From the NCBI GenBank assembly GCA_043810925.1, contig JBDRNT010000094.1:14113-78112 (forward strand): 64,000 bases of DNA, written 5' to 3'. Below, one piece after another: positions 47,333-56,966 of the stretch. Position 1 is the stretch's first letter, and the number at the start of each line of letters is the position of its first letter. Source of the DNA: Candidatus Eiseniibacteriota bacterium (GTDB lineage Bacteria; Arandabacterota; Arandabacteria; Arandabacterales; Arandabacteraceae). The notes beneath the pieces were generated by a model, which saw nothing but the letters and a program-made list of their open reading frames with translations, had not been told where the DNA came from and searched no databases. The position numbers and the translations under genes are program-made.

Positions 47333-49351
47333 TTACTTCAGGTATTTGTCGAACCAGCGCAGCATGTGCTTGAGACGCTCGATGCGGCGGTCGGTCCGGC
47401 CTGTTCGGGAAAGGCCATGCGGCTCATCCGGAAAACGCACCATGTCGGTATCGACACCGAGCCTCTTGAGCGCTACGAATACCTGCTCGCCCTGTTCGAT
47501 CGGGCAACGGAGATCCTGCTCGCTGTGAATTACGAGCGTCGGCGTTTTCACACTCCCGAAGTACTTCATCGGTGATTGCTTCCAGTAGTCTGCGAAGTTC
47601 TCCCACGGGGCCTTTCCCCGAAACCTGTACTCCAACGCCCAGTTATAGTCTCCCGAACCGTACTTGCTGGTCATGTTGCTTATGGAGCGTTGCGTGACGG
47701 CGGCACTGAACCGGTGGCTATGTCCGATGATCCAGTTGGTCATGAAGCCACCGTAGCTCCCACCGGTCACACCCATGCGCTTGCGGTCTATGTAAGGCTT
47801 CCGGGCAACGTAATCCGTCCAGGCCATGAGATCTCGATAATCGGCCGTGCCCCACTTCCCCCAGATCGCCTTGCAGTGCTTCTCCCCGTAGCCCTGGCCG
47901 CCGCGCGGGTTTGAAAAGTAAACGACGTAGCCACCGGCAGCAAGGCAATGGAACTCGTGCATGAAGAGATTCCCGTATTGGACCTGGGGGCCACCGTGAA
48001 TTTCAAGGATGGACGGGTACCTGGTCTTCGGATTGAAACCGGGAGGTTTCAAGATCCATCCGTGGATGTCATACCCATCAGGCCCTTTGATCCGGACCTC
48101 CTCGGTTGTGCCAAGATCACAGCCCTTAAAGACAGACCGGTTGATCTCCGTGAGCCGCCGGGTCCCGCCCGAGCGCAGGTCTTGCACATAGAGATCGACG
48201 GGACTTTGCATATCGCCGAAGAGATAAGCGAGTCTCGTACGTGAGCCGTCCATGCCGAATTGGAGCACGGCACCTTTCTCATCAACGACGTGCTCGAGCT
48301 CCCGGGCATTGCCACAGACCTCAACCGACTGAAGGATGCCGCGTCCGTGGCGTCCGGCGGTGAAGTAGATCCTGTCGCCGTTCTCGGCCCAGACCGGGGG
48401 CCCGGGGGGCGGTTCGACCGTTAGATCGTTTATCGTAGACCTCATGGCATCGACATCGAAGTGCCCGGTAAGGTTCCTGGCCTCGCGCTTGCCGTTTGCG
48501 GGAACGACCCAGACCGACGTGTTTCGCCACCACTCACCCTTGCCCACGGCGCCGTAATAGGCAATCAGTCTGCCATCGGGGGAGAAACCGGGTGCGGACT
48601 TGTCTCCGTAGGGCGTTTTGATCTTGCGGGCCCGGCCGCCATTTGCCGGGATAGTGAACAGATCCACGTTATCAAACTCGAAATCCGGATCCTTGCTGCG
48701 GTTTGAAGCAAAGACGATCAGGCGGCTGTCGGGGGACCATGAGGGGGAAAGCTCGTCATACCTGTCACCCTCGGTGAGCTGAGTTGCCTTGCCGGTGCGC
48801 GCATCGACCGTCCAGATGTGCCAGCGTTGCTTCGGAACAAAGCCGGCTCCGTCAAACTTGAAGAACACCCGGTCTATTTGTCTTGAAACGACGCCGAGTT
48901 CCTTCTTCCTCTCGTCCTTTTCCCGCTGAACAGTCTCTTTGTCAGGCTCTCTGAAGCTCAAGACCAACCGCCGTCCGTCGGGGGCCCATACGAGACTGCC
49001 GAACCGGCCCTTGAGGTTAGTAAGCTTGTGCGCTTCACCTCCATCGAACGGGATGAGATAGACTTGAGGCTGCTCAGCGTCCTTTCGGTTGGAGACGAAG
49101 GCGATGGAGCGTCCATCAGGTGACCAGCGCGGCCGGCTGTCAGTCCAGTCGCCGTATGTAAACCGGCGCGGTCTGCCGCCGCCTGTCGATACGATCCATA
49201 GATTGGAGTATTTCTTCTCAGTTTTTCTGTCCACTCGCTCGACCGAATAGACCACCCACTTGCCGTCAGATGAGATGTGGCTGTCGGTTATCAGCTGAAA
49301 CCTGTAGAGATCCTCAGCCTTGATACGCCGTGCCTTCTTCTGTTGTCTCAC
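47333..49351 (-). CDS. S9-family peptidase (acylaminoacyl peptidase-like)
   Basis: WSPDG propeller repeats, IHGGP, GGSYGG, DLRCP, EPHGLSR. Confidence 0.92.
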   Translation of the reverse strand: MRQQKKARRIKAEDLYRFQLITDSHISSDGKWVVYSVERVDRKTEKKYSNLWIVSTGGGRPRRFTYGDWTDSRPRWSPDGRSIAFVSNRKDAEQPQVYLIPFDGGEAHKLTNLKGRFGSLVWAPDGRRLVLSFREPDKETVQREKDERKKELGVVSRQIDRVFFKFDGAGFVPKQRWHIWTVDARTGKATQLTEGDRYDELSPSWSPDSRLIVFASNRSKDPDFEFDNVDLFTIPANGGRARKIKTPYGDKSAPGFSPDGRLIAYYGAVGKGEWWRNTSVWVVPANGKREARNLTGHFDVDAMRSTINDLTVEPPPGPPVWAENGDRIYFTAGRHGRGILQSVEVCGNARELEHVVDEKGAVLQFGMDGSRTRLAYLFGDMQSPVDLYVQDLRSGGTRRLTEINRSVFKGCDLGTTEEVRIKGPDGYDIHGWILKPPGFNPKTRYPSILEIHGGPQVQYGNLFMHEFHCLAAGGYVVYFSNPRGGQGYGEKHCKAIWGKWGTADYRDLMAWTDYVARKPYIDRKRMGVTGGSYGGFMTNWIIGHSHRFSAAVTQRSISNMTSKYGSGDYNWALEYRFRGKAPWENFADYWKQSPMKYFGSVKTPTLVIHSEQDLRCPIEQGEQVFVALKRLGVDTDMVRFPDEPHGLSRTGRTDRRIERLKHMLRWFDKYLK

Positions 49352-50784
49352 CGCTGTCCTTCCTGATCGGGTGTCGAGTCATCAGCGCGCTCACTGAAAT
49401 AGCGCGCAGCAATCTCGTCCAGTCTTGACTTCATCTCGATCTCAGTGTACCACTTGCCGCGGACCATGACGCCGACGCGCTTGCCGACGTTCTTCACGTC
49501 ATCAAGTGGGTTGGCTTCTGTGAGAATCAGATCCGCTCGACTGCCGACGGTGACGGTTCCAAACTCATCCAGCGCGTCGAAGAACTCCGCGGCGTCATGC
49601 GTGCCCGCCTTGATCGCTTCGTATGGCGTCAAACCGGCGTCTACGAAGTTCTGCAGTTCTTCGTGAATCGAAAATCCCGGGACGACCAGCGGGTTACCGC
49701 AATCGGTCCCGAGCAGAACTCGAACACCACCCTCATGCAACGATCCGGTCAGTTCCTTGCGAATCGGATTGCCCAGCGCGACGGCATCGAACATCTCAGA
49801 AGTGAACGTCTTAGTGTAATTGTTTTCAGGTTGGTGGAATTCAAGCTCGGACGGTGACAGGTATCTGAATTCCTCGCGCTTCAGCAGCGCATGCGCTTCA
49901 TCCGGGGGCAGCCATTTCTCATAGACAATCAGCGTCGGGCAGTTCCAGGCATCTGCCTCGTACGTCCGGCGCACAATATCGGGAATCTTCGTCCTATCGA
50001 GGTCGGTCCAGGTCAGGACCAAAGACGCGAGACCGCTTTGCCGGACAGATGTGCAGTCGTCGGATGCCAGGGCGGTCTCGTAGCCGTCGAGGTGTTCGAT
50101 GCACCGCTGACGAGCCGCCAGTACCCGGTCAAGCCCGACGGCGGTCGGAACATGACCGGCGACCGTCATGCCTTCCTCTCCGGCGGCCGCGATCAATGCA
50201 TCGTAAACCTCAATCGACAGGTTGTTATAAACCTTGAGGAAGTCGTAGCCGGCCTCCTTCTGATCGGAGACGACCAGCCGCGCCTGCTCGGGGGACGTGA
50301 CGACCTCACTCTCCGGGAAGACCGGTGGGTCACCATCGATGATTGCTCCTGCTGTGTAGATTGTCGGACCCAGCAATTCGCCATCGCTTACACGTTTCCG
50401 CCACTCGAGATGCTCGGGCAGACCCCACATGTTGCGGACGGTTGTCACGCCGTTGGCAACAAACAGCAACAGATGGTCCACCTCGATGACATGGGCATGC
50501 ATGTCCGCAAGACCAGGCATGAGATACTTGTTTCTGCCATCGATTAGAGCCGCTCGGTCAGGGACCTTTACGGTTTGTGAGGGTCCGATCTCATGTATAC
50601 GGCCATCCTGAATGATGATCGTCTGATTCGGGATTATCCTTTCAGAACTCATCGGAACGAGGTTCACATTGATGAACGCAGAGGACCCATTCGTGCTCTC
50701 CTCACTGCGTGCTGCGGGGCAAGCAACCGATAGCAGACATGCAATGAGACTTACCGTGAATGCTCTGTGCTTCAAGATCATCAT
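49348..50784 (-). CDS. Secreted amidohydrolase-family protein
   Basis: Signal peptide, PGLADMHAH, GVTTVR, GHVP, IEH, LGTD, G..ADL. Confidence 0.85.
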   Translation of the reverse strand: MMILKHRAFTVSLIACLLSVACPAARSEESTNGSSAFINVNLVPMSSERIIPNQTIIIQDGRIHEIGPSQTVKVPDRAALIDGRNKYLMPGLADMHAHVIEVDHLLLFVANGVTTVRNMWGLPEHLEWRKRVSDGELLGPTIYTAGAIIDGDPPVFPESEVVTSPEQARLVVSDQKEAGYDFLKVYNNLSIEVYDALIAAAGEEGMTVAGHVPTAVGLDRVLAARQRCIEHLDGYETALASDDCTSVRQSGLASLVLTWTDLDRTKIPDIVRRTYEADAWNCPTLIVYEKWLPPDEAHALLKREEFRYLSPSELEFHQPENNYTKTFTSEMFDAVALGNPIRKELTGSLHEGGVRVLLGTDCGNPLVVPGFSIHEELQNFVDAGLTPYEAIKAGTHDAAEFFDALDEFGTVTVGSRADLILTEANPLDDVKNVGKRVGVMVRGKWYTEIEMKSRLDEIAARYFSERADDSTPDQEGQR

Positions 50785-50900
50785 TGGTTTACGTCCAATT
50801 CAAACCAATCGCTGTCTCCACCTTCCCGTCACGCCAGATGAGACTACCCGTCGAGTTGAAGAAAGCCATGATTCACACAACGTAACGACCAAATCACAGT

Positions 50901-50988
50901 GCCGCGATCGAACTGGAGATTCGCACACTCCTATCAGTTACCGCGCCGCGATCGAACTGGAGATTCGCATACTCCTATCAGTTACCGC
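50901..50988. repeat. Tandem duplication, 2 x 44 bp
   Basis: GCCGCGATCGAACTGGAGATTCGCA(C/T)ACTCCTATCAGTTACCGC at 50901 and 50945, one mismatch. Confidence 0.9.
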
Positions 50989-51314
50989 AGAATCAGTGGG
51001 TTGTCAACATCATTGCCTGCTTGAGAGGATCATGCTCGTCCATCTTGATTCCGCACTCGCCCGGCGGAATCCCGCCACACCGGCCGGATCTGCGCCATGA
51101 GATCCCGACTTGAGCGGAAACCTCAGAAGAACCGCCAACGCTGGAAGGAGGTTGACAATACTTTGAGACTTAGGTAGGTAAGGAGTACGAAACGCTGAGT
51201 ACCATACTGCTCTGGGTCTGTGCATGACGCCGCTATACGGATCAGCATGCGGAGCAGTCGGATAACTCGTGCCCTTGCGACGGCCACGAGAGTTGCAGAA
51301 AGCGAGGACCGACG

Positions 51315-52409
51315 ATGCGCCCTCCTGCCGGCGCAGCACTCTTTTGTCTGCTGCTGATCTGCTCGCAGATCGGCCCATCTCGCGCCTGTACTTCCTTCTG
51401 TCTTGACACGCCCGACGGTCCTGTCTTCGCGGCCAACCTCGATCTGTTCCTTGGCGAGGGACTCGTGTTTGTGAACCGGCGCGGGATCGCGAAGGAGAAC
51501 ATTAGACAGAGCACGACCGGGGAAACTGCGAAGTGGGTCTCCGAGTACGGCAGCGTGACGTTCAACCTGGCCGGACGCGGTTTCGCATGGGGCGGAATGA
51601 ACGAGGCCGGCCTGGTCGTAAGTTCGATGGAGCTCAGGGCCTCGGAGTATCCGGAGCCGGACGAACGGGCGCCTTTCGACAGCGGCTCCTGGATCCAGTA
51701 CGTGCTGGACACCTGCGGCAGTGTCCGGGAAGCCATCCAGATAGACTCGATCGTACGACTGCACGACGATGAACATTCCCCCACTCCTTTCCTGGTCGCG
51801 GACGCGGACGGGGACTGCGCCGCGTTCGAGTACCTGGACGGCCGATTCGTGTGCTATACGGACGAGAGCCTGCCGGTCAAGGCACTGGCCAACGCTCCGT
51901 ACGCGGCCGGAATCGCGTTCATGGAACAGGGTGTCATCCCGGCGGAGAACCCGGGCCGATCGGTCGAGCGTGTGGCGGCCGCCGCGAACAAGATCGAAAG
52001 TTTTCGCCCGGACCGCGGCGTCTCCCCGGTCGACTACTCGCTCGGGGTCCTGACCGAAACGGTGGTCGCGCCCAAGTCGTTCTGGAGCGACTGGTTCGAC
52101 GAGCCCTACACGAGATGGAACGTCGTGTTCGACATCGGACGGCGGGAGGCCCACTTCCGAACCGTGGCAAGCCCGACCGTCAGGCGCCTCTCGCTCCGGA
52201 GCTTCGACCTCTCCTGCGAGGCTCCATTGCTGATGATGGACGTGAACGCCGAGCTTGAGGGTGATGTTCAACGGTCCTTCACGCCCTACGATCACGATGT
52301 CAACCTGGAGGTTTTCCGTACGTTCTGCGATAAGTGGGGGATCGAGGTCTCGGCGGAAGGCGCCATAGAGCTGATGCGGTTCTTCGAGAGCTTCAGGTGC
52401 GCCCGTTGA
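51315..52409 (+). CDS. Secreted linear amide C-N hydrolase (choloylglycine hydrolase/penicillin V acylase-like Ntn hydrolase)
   Basis: Signal peptide followed by CTSF (N-terminal Cys nucleophile), NLD, GMNEAGL, WIQYVLD. Confidence 0.85.
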   Translation: MRPPAGAALFCLLLICSQIGPSRACTSFCLDTPDGPVFAANLDLFLGEGLVFVNRRGIAKENIRQSTTGETAKWVSEYGSVTFNLAGRGFAWGGMNEAGLVVSSMELRASEYPEPDERAPFDSGSWIQYVLDTCGSVREAIQIDSIVRLHDDEHSPTPFLVADADGDCAAFEYLDGRFVCYTDESLPVKALANAPYAAGIAFMEQGVIPAENPGRSVERVAAAANKIESFRPDRGVSPVDYSLGVLTETVVAPKSFWSDWFDEPYTRWNVVFDIGRREAHFRTVASPTVRRLSLRSFDLSCEAPLLMMDVNAELEGDVQRSFTPYDHDVNLEVFRTFCDKWGIEVSAEGAIELMRFFESFRCAR

Positions 52410-52619
52410 GGAGCCGCGTGAGGTGTCCAGCAAGAGATTGCATCAAGGCAGAGCGGTCTGTGCAGGTGAAGCCGGCTTTCGAGGGCCGACGCTCGGGAGG
52501 CAGCAGATACGCGACACGAATGAGACACTGGAACCATTGAAGGCGCTTTACATGATTGGAAACGTCCAATCATGAAGATGATTCGCGGCCGTTAAACAGA
52601 GTGAAACTGGAGTCGAATA

Positions 52620-52991
52620 ATGACTTTCTGCACATCGATTCATTGTATGGATGGGAGGATACAGGAACCCATCATTGAGTATCTGAAAGAGAAATACGGC
52701 GTCGCTTATGTTGATACAATAACCGAACCAGGGCCTTGCAGGATACTCGCCGAGAATAGTGACCGGATATCCGTTGGTTCCATTGTAAAGAGGATCGAGA
52801 TATCAATAAACAGACACGGATCCAGACTCATTGTTATTTCCGGACATCATGACTGCACAGGAAATCCTTGCGAAGAAGAGATACAGCGAAGACAAGTCAG
52901 GGAATCCGTAAAATACCTCAGGAGCAATTATCCTGAAGCAGAGACAATCGGACTGTGGATTGACAGTGAATGGAGCATAAACGATGTCTAA
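52620..52991 (+). CDS. Small beta-carbonic-anhydrase-like protein
   Basis: CMDGR and HHDC Zn-ligand pattern (CxDxR...HxxC). Confidence 0.7.
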   Translation: MTFCTSIHCMDGRIQEPIIEYLKEKYGVAYVDTITEPGPCRILAENSDRISVGSIVKRIEISINRHGSRLIVISGHHDCTGNPCEEEIQRRQVRESVKYLRSNYPEAETIGLWIDSEWSINDV

Positions 52992-53207
52992 CGGGTGCGT
53001 GCCCCTGACCTGGTCGGATACGAGTGGACGGTAACCTGCCTGGAGAATCGTGGGTCTACAGCAAAGACGTGACCCCAGCGGAAAAACAGTTGAGCACTCG
53101 GATGTCCTGCAGACAATCCCGGAGCGTTCAGCGAACAGTAAGACGATGTTTTGGGTAGGCGTTGTGCGCAGAATGGATCATATCTCGAATCGTGACGGGG
53201 AGGTCCG

Positions 53208-53993
53208 GTGATCGAGGCCAACTCTCCTGTGGGTATTGTTCTCCAGTGCGCCGCACTTGTTCTCCTCGGAGTGCTGGTTGCCCGGCTTGTTCGAGTTCTT
53301 CGTTTCCGACACCGGGTGCACACCGTTTCTGACCCGCGTGCAAGCGCCGTTTGGGCTCTCTTTGCGATTTGTATTGGGTGGATCCTCGTAACCGCACTTC
53401 TCTTTGGCCGCGCCGGTAGTGACCCAATCGGGTCTCAGAGTCCTCACGAGGTGCCGGCTGTGGGCCCGGGAGATGTGGTAGGCCAGGTGTTCGTGGCACT
53501 CATCGTAGTCGGGCCCATCCTCATTATCATGCGCCGTCGAAAAGAGTCTCCGGCATCCGCCGGAGTGTCTGCCCACAATCTCGGACGCTCGTCGGTGGTA
53601 AGCGCTTGTCTGGTTTCAGCGGCTGTTGCCTGGTGTTTCTTCGTGGCGCGGCGATGTGAAACAAACACCTTTTCGCACACCGCCGGATTCTGGGCGCTAC
53701 TGCAATTTGCCGTTGTCGGCTTTGCTGAGGAGTTTGCATATCGGGGGTATCTTCAGACGCGTCTCGTCGGCTGGCTCGGTACGTATCAGGGTTGGGTTCT
53801 TGCATCAGTTCTCATGGCAATGGCGCATGTCGCCCATCGGATGCTTGCTACGCAGATGACTGCCGGGGAAGCTGTGTTCAGTTCTGCCTCGATCGTTCCC
53901 ATCAGTCTGTTTCTAGGTTATGTGATGCTGCGCACTCGGAGTATCATTGCTCCTGCTCTCTTGCACACGTTCATCAACTGGTTGGGCGTGTGA
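53208..53993 (+). CDS. CPBP/CAAX (Abi) family intramembrane metalloprotease
   Basis: EEFAYRGYLQ, MAH, LLHTFIN; GTG start behind GGGGAGGT. Confidence 0.85.
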   Translation: MIEANSPVGIVLQCAALVLLGVLVARLVRVLRFRHRVHTVSDPRASAVWALFAICIGWILVTALLFGRAGSDPIGSQSPHEVPAVGPGDVVGQVFVALIVVGPILIIMRRRKESPASAGVSAHNLGRSSVVSACLVSAAVAWCFFVARRCETNTFSHTAGFWALLQFAVVGFAEEFAYRGYLQTRLVGWLGTYQGWVLASVLMAMAHVAHRMLATQMTAGEAVFSSASIVPISLFLGYVMLRTRSIIAPALLHTFINWLGV

Positions 53994-54131
53994 AGACTGC
54001 CGGTAGATAACGCCTCCTGAGCCGGTCGAGATCCCTTCGGCAATGTCCGACCGCCGATCGCATCCGCTGATTTGCAGCTTCGGCCCTGCCGGCCCGGTGA
54101 TTAACCCAGGGGGTCTGTCTGAATCCCCGGC

Positions 54132-55229
54132 TTATTCCTTACTTGCGGGGTATCCCCGGTGTCTCCATTCATTGAAGCCCTCGTCGAGAATCGCGGTCTT
54201 CTCGAAGCCGGCTTCGCGTAATCCATCAAGGGCCTTTCCGGACATGGCGTGGGGACAGACACAATAGGTGATAATCCATGCGTCCCTCGGCAGGTAGTCG
54301 ACAGCCTTTTCAACTTCGTAGAAGGGAACCGACACAGCCCCATCAATATGACCCTTGAGGTAATCGTTGTAAGGACGGGCGTCGAGTATTACGAAAGACT
54401 TCTTCTCCTTATAGACCTTGTGAACGACGTCAGCAGGCACGTAGCGGTCCTCAAATGGCGAGAATTCGGCCAGAGGGTTCCCGGGATTCAAGAGTGCCCT
54501 CTTCAGTCTGGCCGGAGTAAAGTCGACACTACTGTCGGGGACTGCTGGAGTCTGCTCCGGGGTTGATTCCAACGTCCTGATGAAGGCCACTACATCATTC
54601 ATCTCCTGCGAAGACAGACGCGACTTGAACTCCGACATCGATGTCCCGCGACGACCGTTCATTATCGCGTAGGCTATGAAGCCGTCGCTTGCGGTCTCCT
54701 TAAACACGGCGTTGTTCAGACTCAGGGCACTTGCCCCGTCACCCTTCTGTCCATGGCAGGCGGCGCACCACTGCTTGAAGATCATGCTCCCGGCTTTCAT
54801 GTCTCCGTCCACCTTGACCCGACTCAGGTCAACCTGGTCTTCTGTCTGCCAGCTTCTTATGAATGCGAGTATGGCAAGCACATCGTCTGCCGCCAGTACT
54901 CCGGCCTTCTCTCTGCCCCAGGCCGACATCGGTGTTCCGGGTCTGCCTCTTACTATAGCTTCAATGATGAAGTCGTCCGTCGCACTCTTGAGAAAGTCCT
55001 GGTTTCCGAGGGCATTGGCTTCGTCTGCAAGATAACCTTCTCCCGACTTGCCGTGACAGAGGGCACAATACGTGCCGTAGAGGCCTGCTCCTTTTCTTAC
55101 AGCCGTCTCAGCCGGGGACACATCCTTTGCAGGCTTCGGGGCCTCCGCCGGGGTCTGAGCTACGGTATGTAACACGAGTAAGCCGAAAATCACCAGCAAC
55201 ATCAGCGGAACAATAATCCCACGGTTCAT
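54132..55229 (-). CDS. Exported diheme c-type cytochrome fused to a rhodanese-like domain
   Basis: N-terminal hydrophobic segment; CALCH and CAACH; LDARP...GHIDGA, YCVCPH, LDEGFNEW. Confidence 0.85.
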   Translation of the reverse strand: MNRGIIVPLMLLVIFGLLVLHTVAQTPAEAPKPAKDVSPAETAVRKGAGLYGTYCALCHGKSGEGYLADEANALGNQDFLKSATDDFIIEAIVRGRPGTPMSAWGREKAGVLAADDVLAILAFIRSWQTEDQVDLSRVKVDGDMKAGSMIFKQWCAACHGQKGDGASALSLNNAVFKETASDGFIAYAIMNGRRGTSMSEFKSRLSSQEMNDVVAFIRTLESTPEQTPAVPDSSVDFTPARLKRALLNPGNPLAEFSPFEDRYVPADVVHKVYKEKKSFVILDARPYNDYLKGHIDGAVSVPFYEVEKAVDYLPRDAWIITYCVCPHAMSGKALDGLREAGFEKTAILDEGFNEWRHRGYPASKE

Positions 55230-55471
55230 CTCACTCTCCTTATTGTGGTCTGCACCCTATTTCGGATGATAATCGCAGCAAACGGTTGCCCCTGATCAGG
55301 GCTGCAAACAGTGTAAGCGAGCTGCGAAAATGGATACAAGTATGAAACCTCCAGTGGGGGACAGGGTCCTCATAGGCGAGCACGGAGACCCGGCGCCACT
55401 CTGTACGCAGAGGATCCCCATGGAACCCCCGATGATACCCGGACAATGCCGTCGGACACGGCGCCCCGGCG

Positions 55472-56683
55472 CTACCGGGCATCAAGAAAGGCGCGGAACC
55501 ATCTAGCAGTGGTCATGGCAAGAACGTTGTGGCCGACATCGGAGAAATGCCGGTCATGGGGAGGCGGCCAGACTTTGGCGTGAAGGTCGTGTGCGGCGAT
55601 GGTCCTCCGGAACTCCCACGTCGGATCGAGAAAACGAATTCCATTGCGGCTGCAAATGGCGTCAAGTCTGTCACGCGGCTCGGCGCTCCGGAACGTGAAC
55701 TCTCCATCGGGGGTCGCGAACTTCTTCTCAAACGGTCCTCCGGCGACGGTGTCAAGATCCCAGGGATTGAATATCGCCGGTAGCAGCATCACGACGAGCT
55801 CGCCTCCACCTTGCTGAACATCATCCCTCAGCTCCACCACAAGCCGCTCGAACAACCGCCACTGGTAGGAATTCCTCGAAAAGTCTTCATGAATGTACGC
55901 GGAGACATGATTGATGCCCATATGCGGGGCCCAGCTCAACGAGTCCTGCGTCTTATAGATCTCCAATGGTTTCTCGTTCCAGAAGAGGAACTCCCTGTAT
56001 TGCGGATCAACGCCGCTGAACCGGGCAAGATCGTGGCGCTCGTCTGATGGCCCGGGCTGTATGCTCAGACCGATCCACCGGAGCACGTAGAAGCGCTTCC
56101 AGGCCGCAATCTGAGTTTTCTGCTCATCGGCCGCCTGGACCCCACCCTCCATACGTGCGCCGAAGGTGTCGTGCAGGGTGAGGTTTGATTCCTCATCGAG
56201 CGTGAAGTAAGGCTTGAGCATAGTGGGACCGTGGTGGTGTGAGAGAATGTTTGATATGTCGTTATTAGCACAGAAGGCGAGGACGACAATGTCCGGATCC
56301 CAGGCGGCCCCCTTGGCCCTGAAAGCCAGGAGCTCCTGGTCGGTGCCCCAGGCCCCGGAGGCCAGGATAGCAATCTCGACATGCGGCCCGAGCATCTCGG
56401 AAAGGACGACGGGAAATCTGTGATCGAGATCCGATACGCCGGCACCTGCTAAGAACGAGTCACCAAGAAAGAGAATACGGGTGACGTCGGGCTTCGATCG
56501 AGCCTCTGGATCAAAATCCCGGTACTCGCGACTCGACCATCCGAGGCAGGCGTCCGTGCGTTGCGTCCAACCCAACTGAGGCATCCGCCACCTGAGAGCA
56601 ATCTCGAGCACAACAAGTGGAACGAGTACGATGATGAGGACTGCCGTCAGTTTGAAGAGGCGAATTTGCCGCGTCTCATCCAT
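55472..56683 (-). CDS. Membrane-anchored SGNH/GDSL hydrolase-family protein
   Basis: FLGDSF, GTDQE, NND, DRHFS..GH. Confidence 0.8.
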   Translation of the reverse strand: MDETRQIRLFKLTAVLIIVLVPLVVLEIALRWRMPQLGWTQRTDACLGWSSREYRDFDPEARSKPDVTRILFLGDSFLAGAGVSDLDHRFPVVLSEMLGPHVEIAILASGAWGTDQELLAFRAKGAAWDPDIVVLAFCANNDISNILSHHHGPTMLKPYFTLDEESNLTLHDTFGARMEGGVQAADEQKTQIAAWKRFYVLRWIGLSIQPGPSDERHDLARFSGVDPQYREFLFWNEKPLEIYKTQDSLSWAPHMGINHVSAYIHEDFSRNSYQWRLFERLVVELRDDVQQGGGELVVMLLPAIFNPWDLDTVAGGPFEKKFATPDGEFTFRSAEPRDRLDAICSRNGIRFLDPTWEFRRTIAAHDLHAKVWPPPHDRHFSDVGHNVLAMTTARWFRAFLDAR

Positions 56684-56903
56684 TGTCGGATTCCTTCACA
56701 CGTTTGTATACGTATATACCAATTGTGCCAACAATGGGCAATTGGGAATGTGTAGGGGCGGCCCGCTGCGACGGAGAGAAGGGACCCGCCGGCGGAGCCT
56801 CCGGGACACAAGCGAATGTCTTTCTTGAGCATGGTGGACCGGAGGCGAGCCGGCCGCGGTGCGGAGCCCGGACACGTCGGGCGCAGAGACCCGACGCTAC
56901 AAC

Positions 56904-56932
56904 TTGACACGGGGCCGGTGGACACATAGAAT
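56904..56932 (+). promoter_or_regulatory. sigma70-type promoter
   Basis: TTGACA-17 bp-TAGAAT. Confidence 0.7.
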
Positions 56933-56966
56933 CATCGTGATCGCAATCAAAGGGGCAGAACACGGT

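Noticed and set aside
50901..50988. Possible mini-CRISPR
   Set aside because: Two abutting copies with no spacer.
51123..52433. 436-aa minus-strand ORF
   Set aside because: Antisense shadow of the GC-rich Ntn hydrolase gene, with no recognisable motifs.
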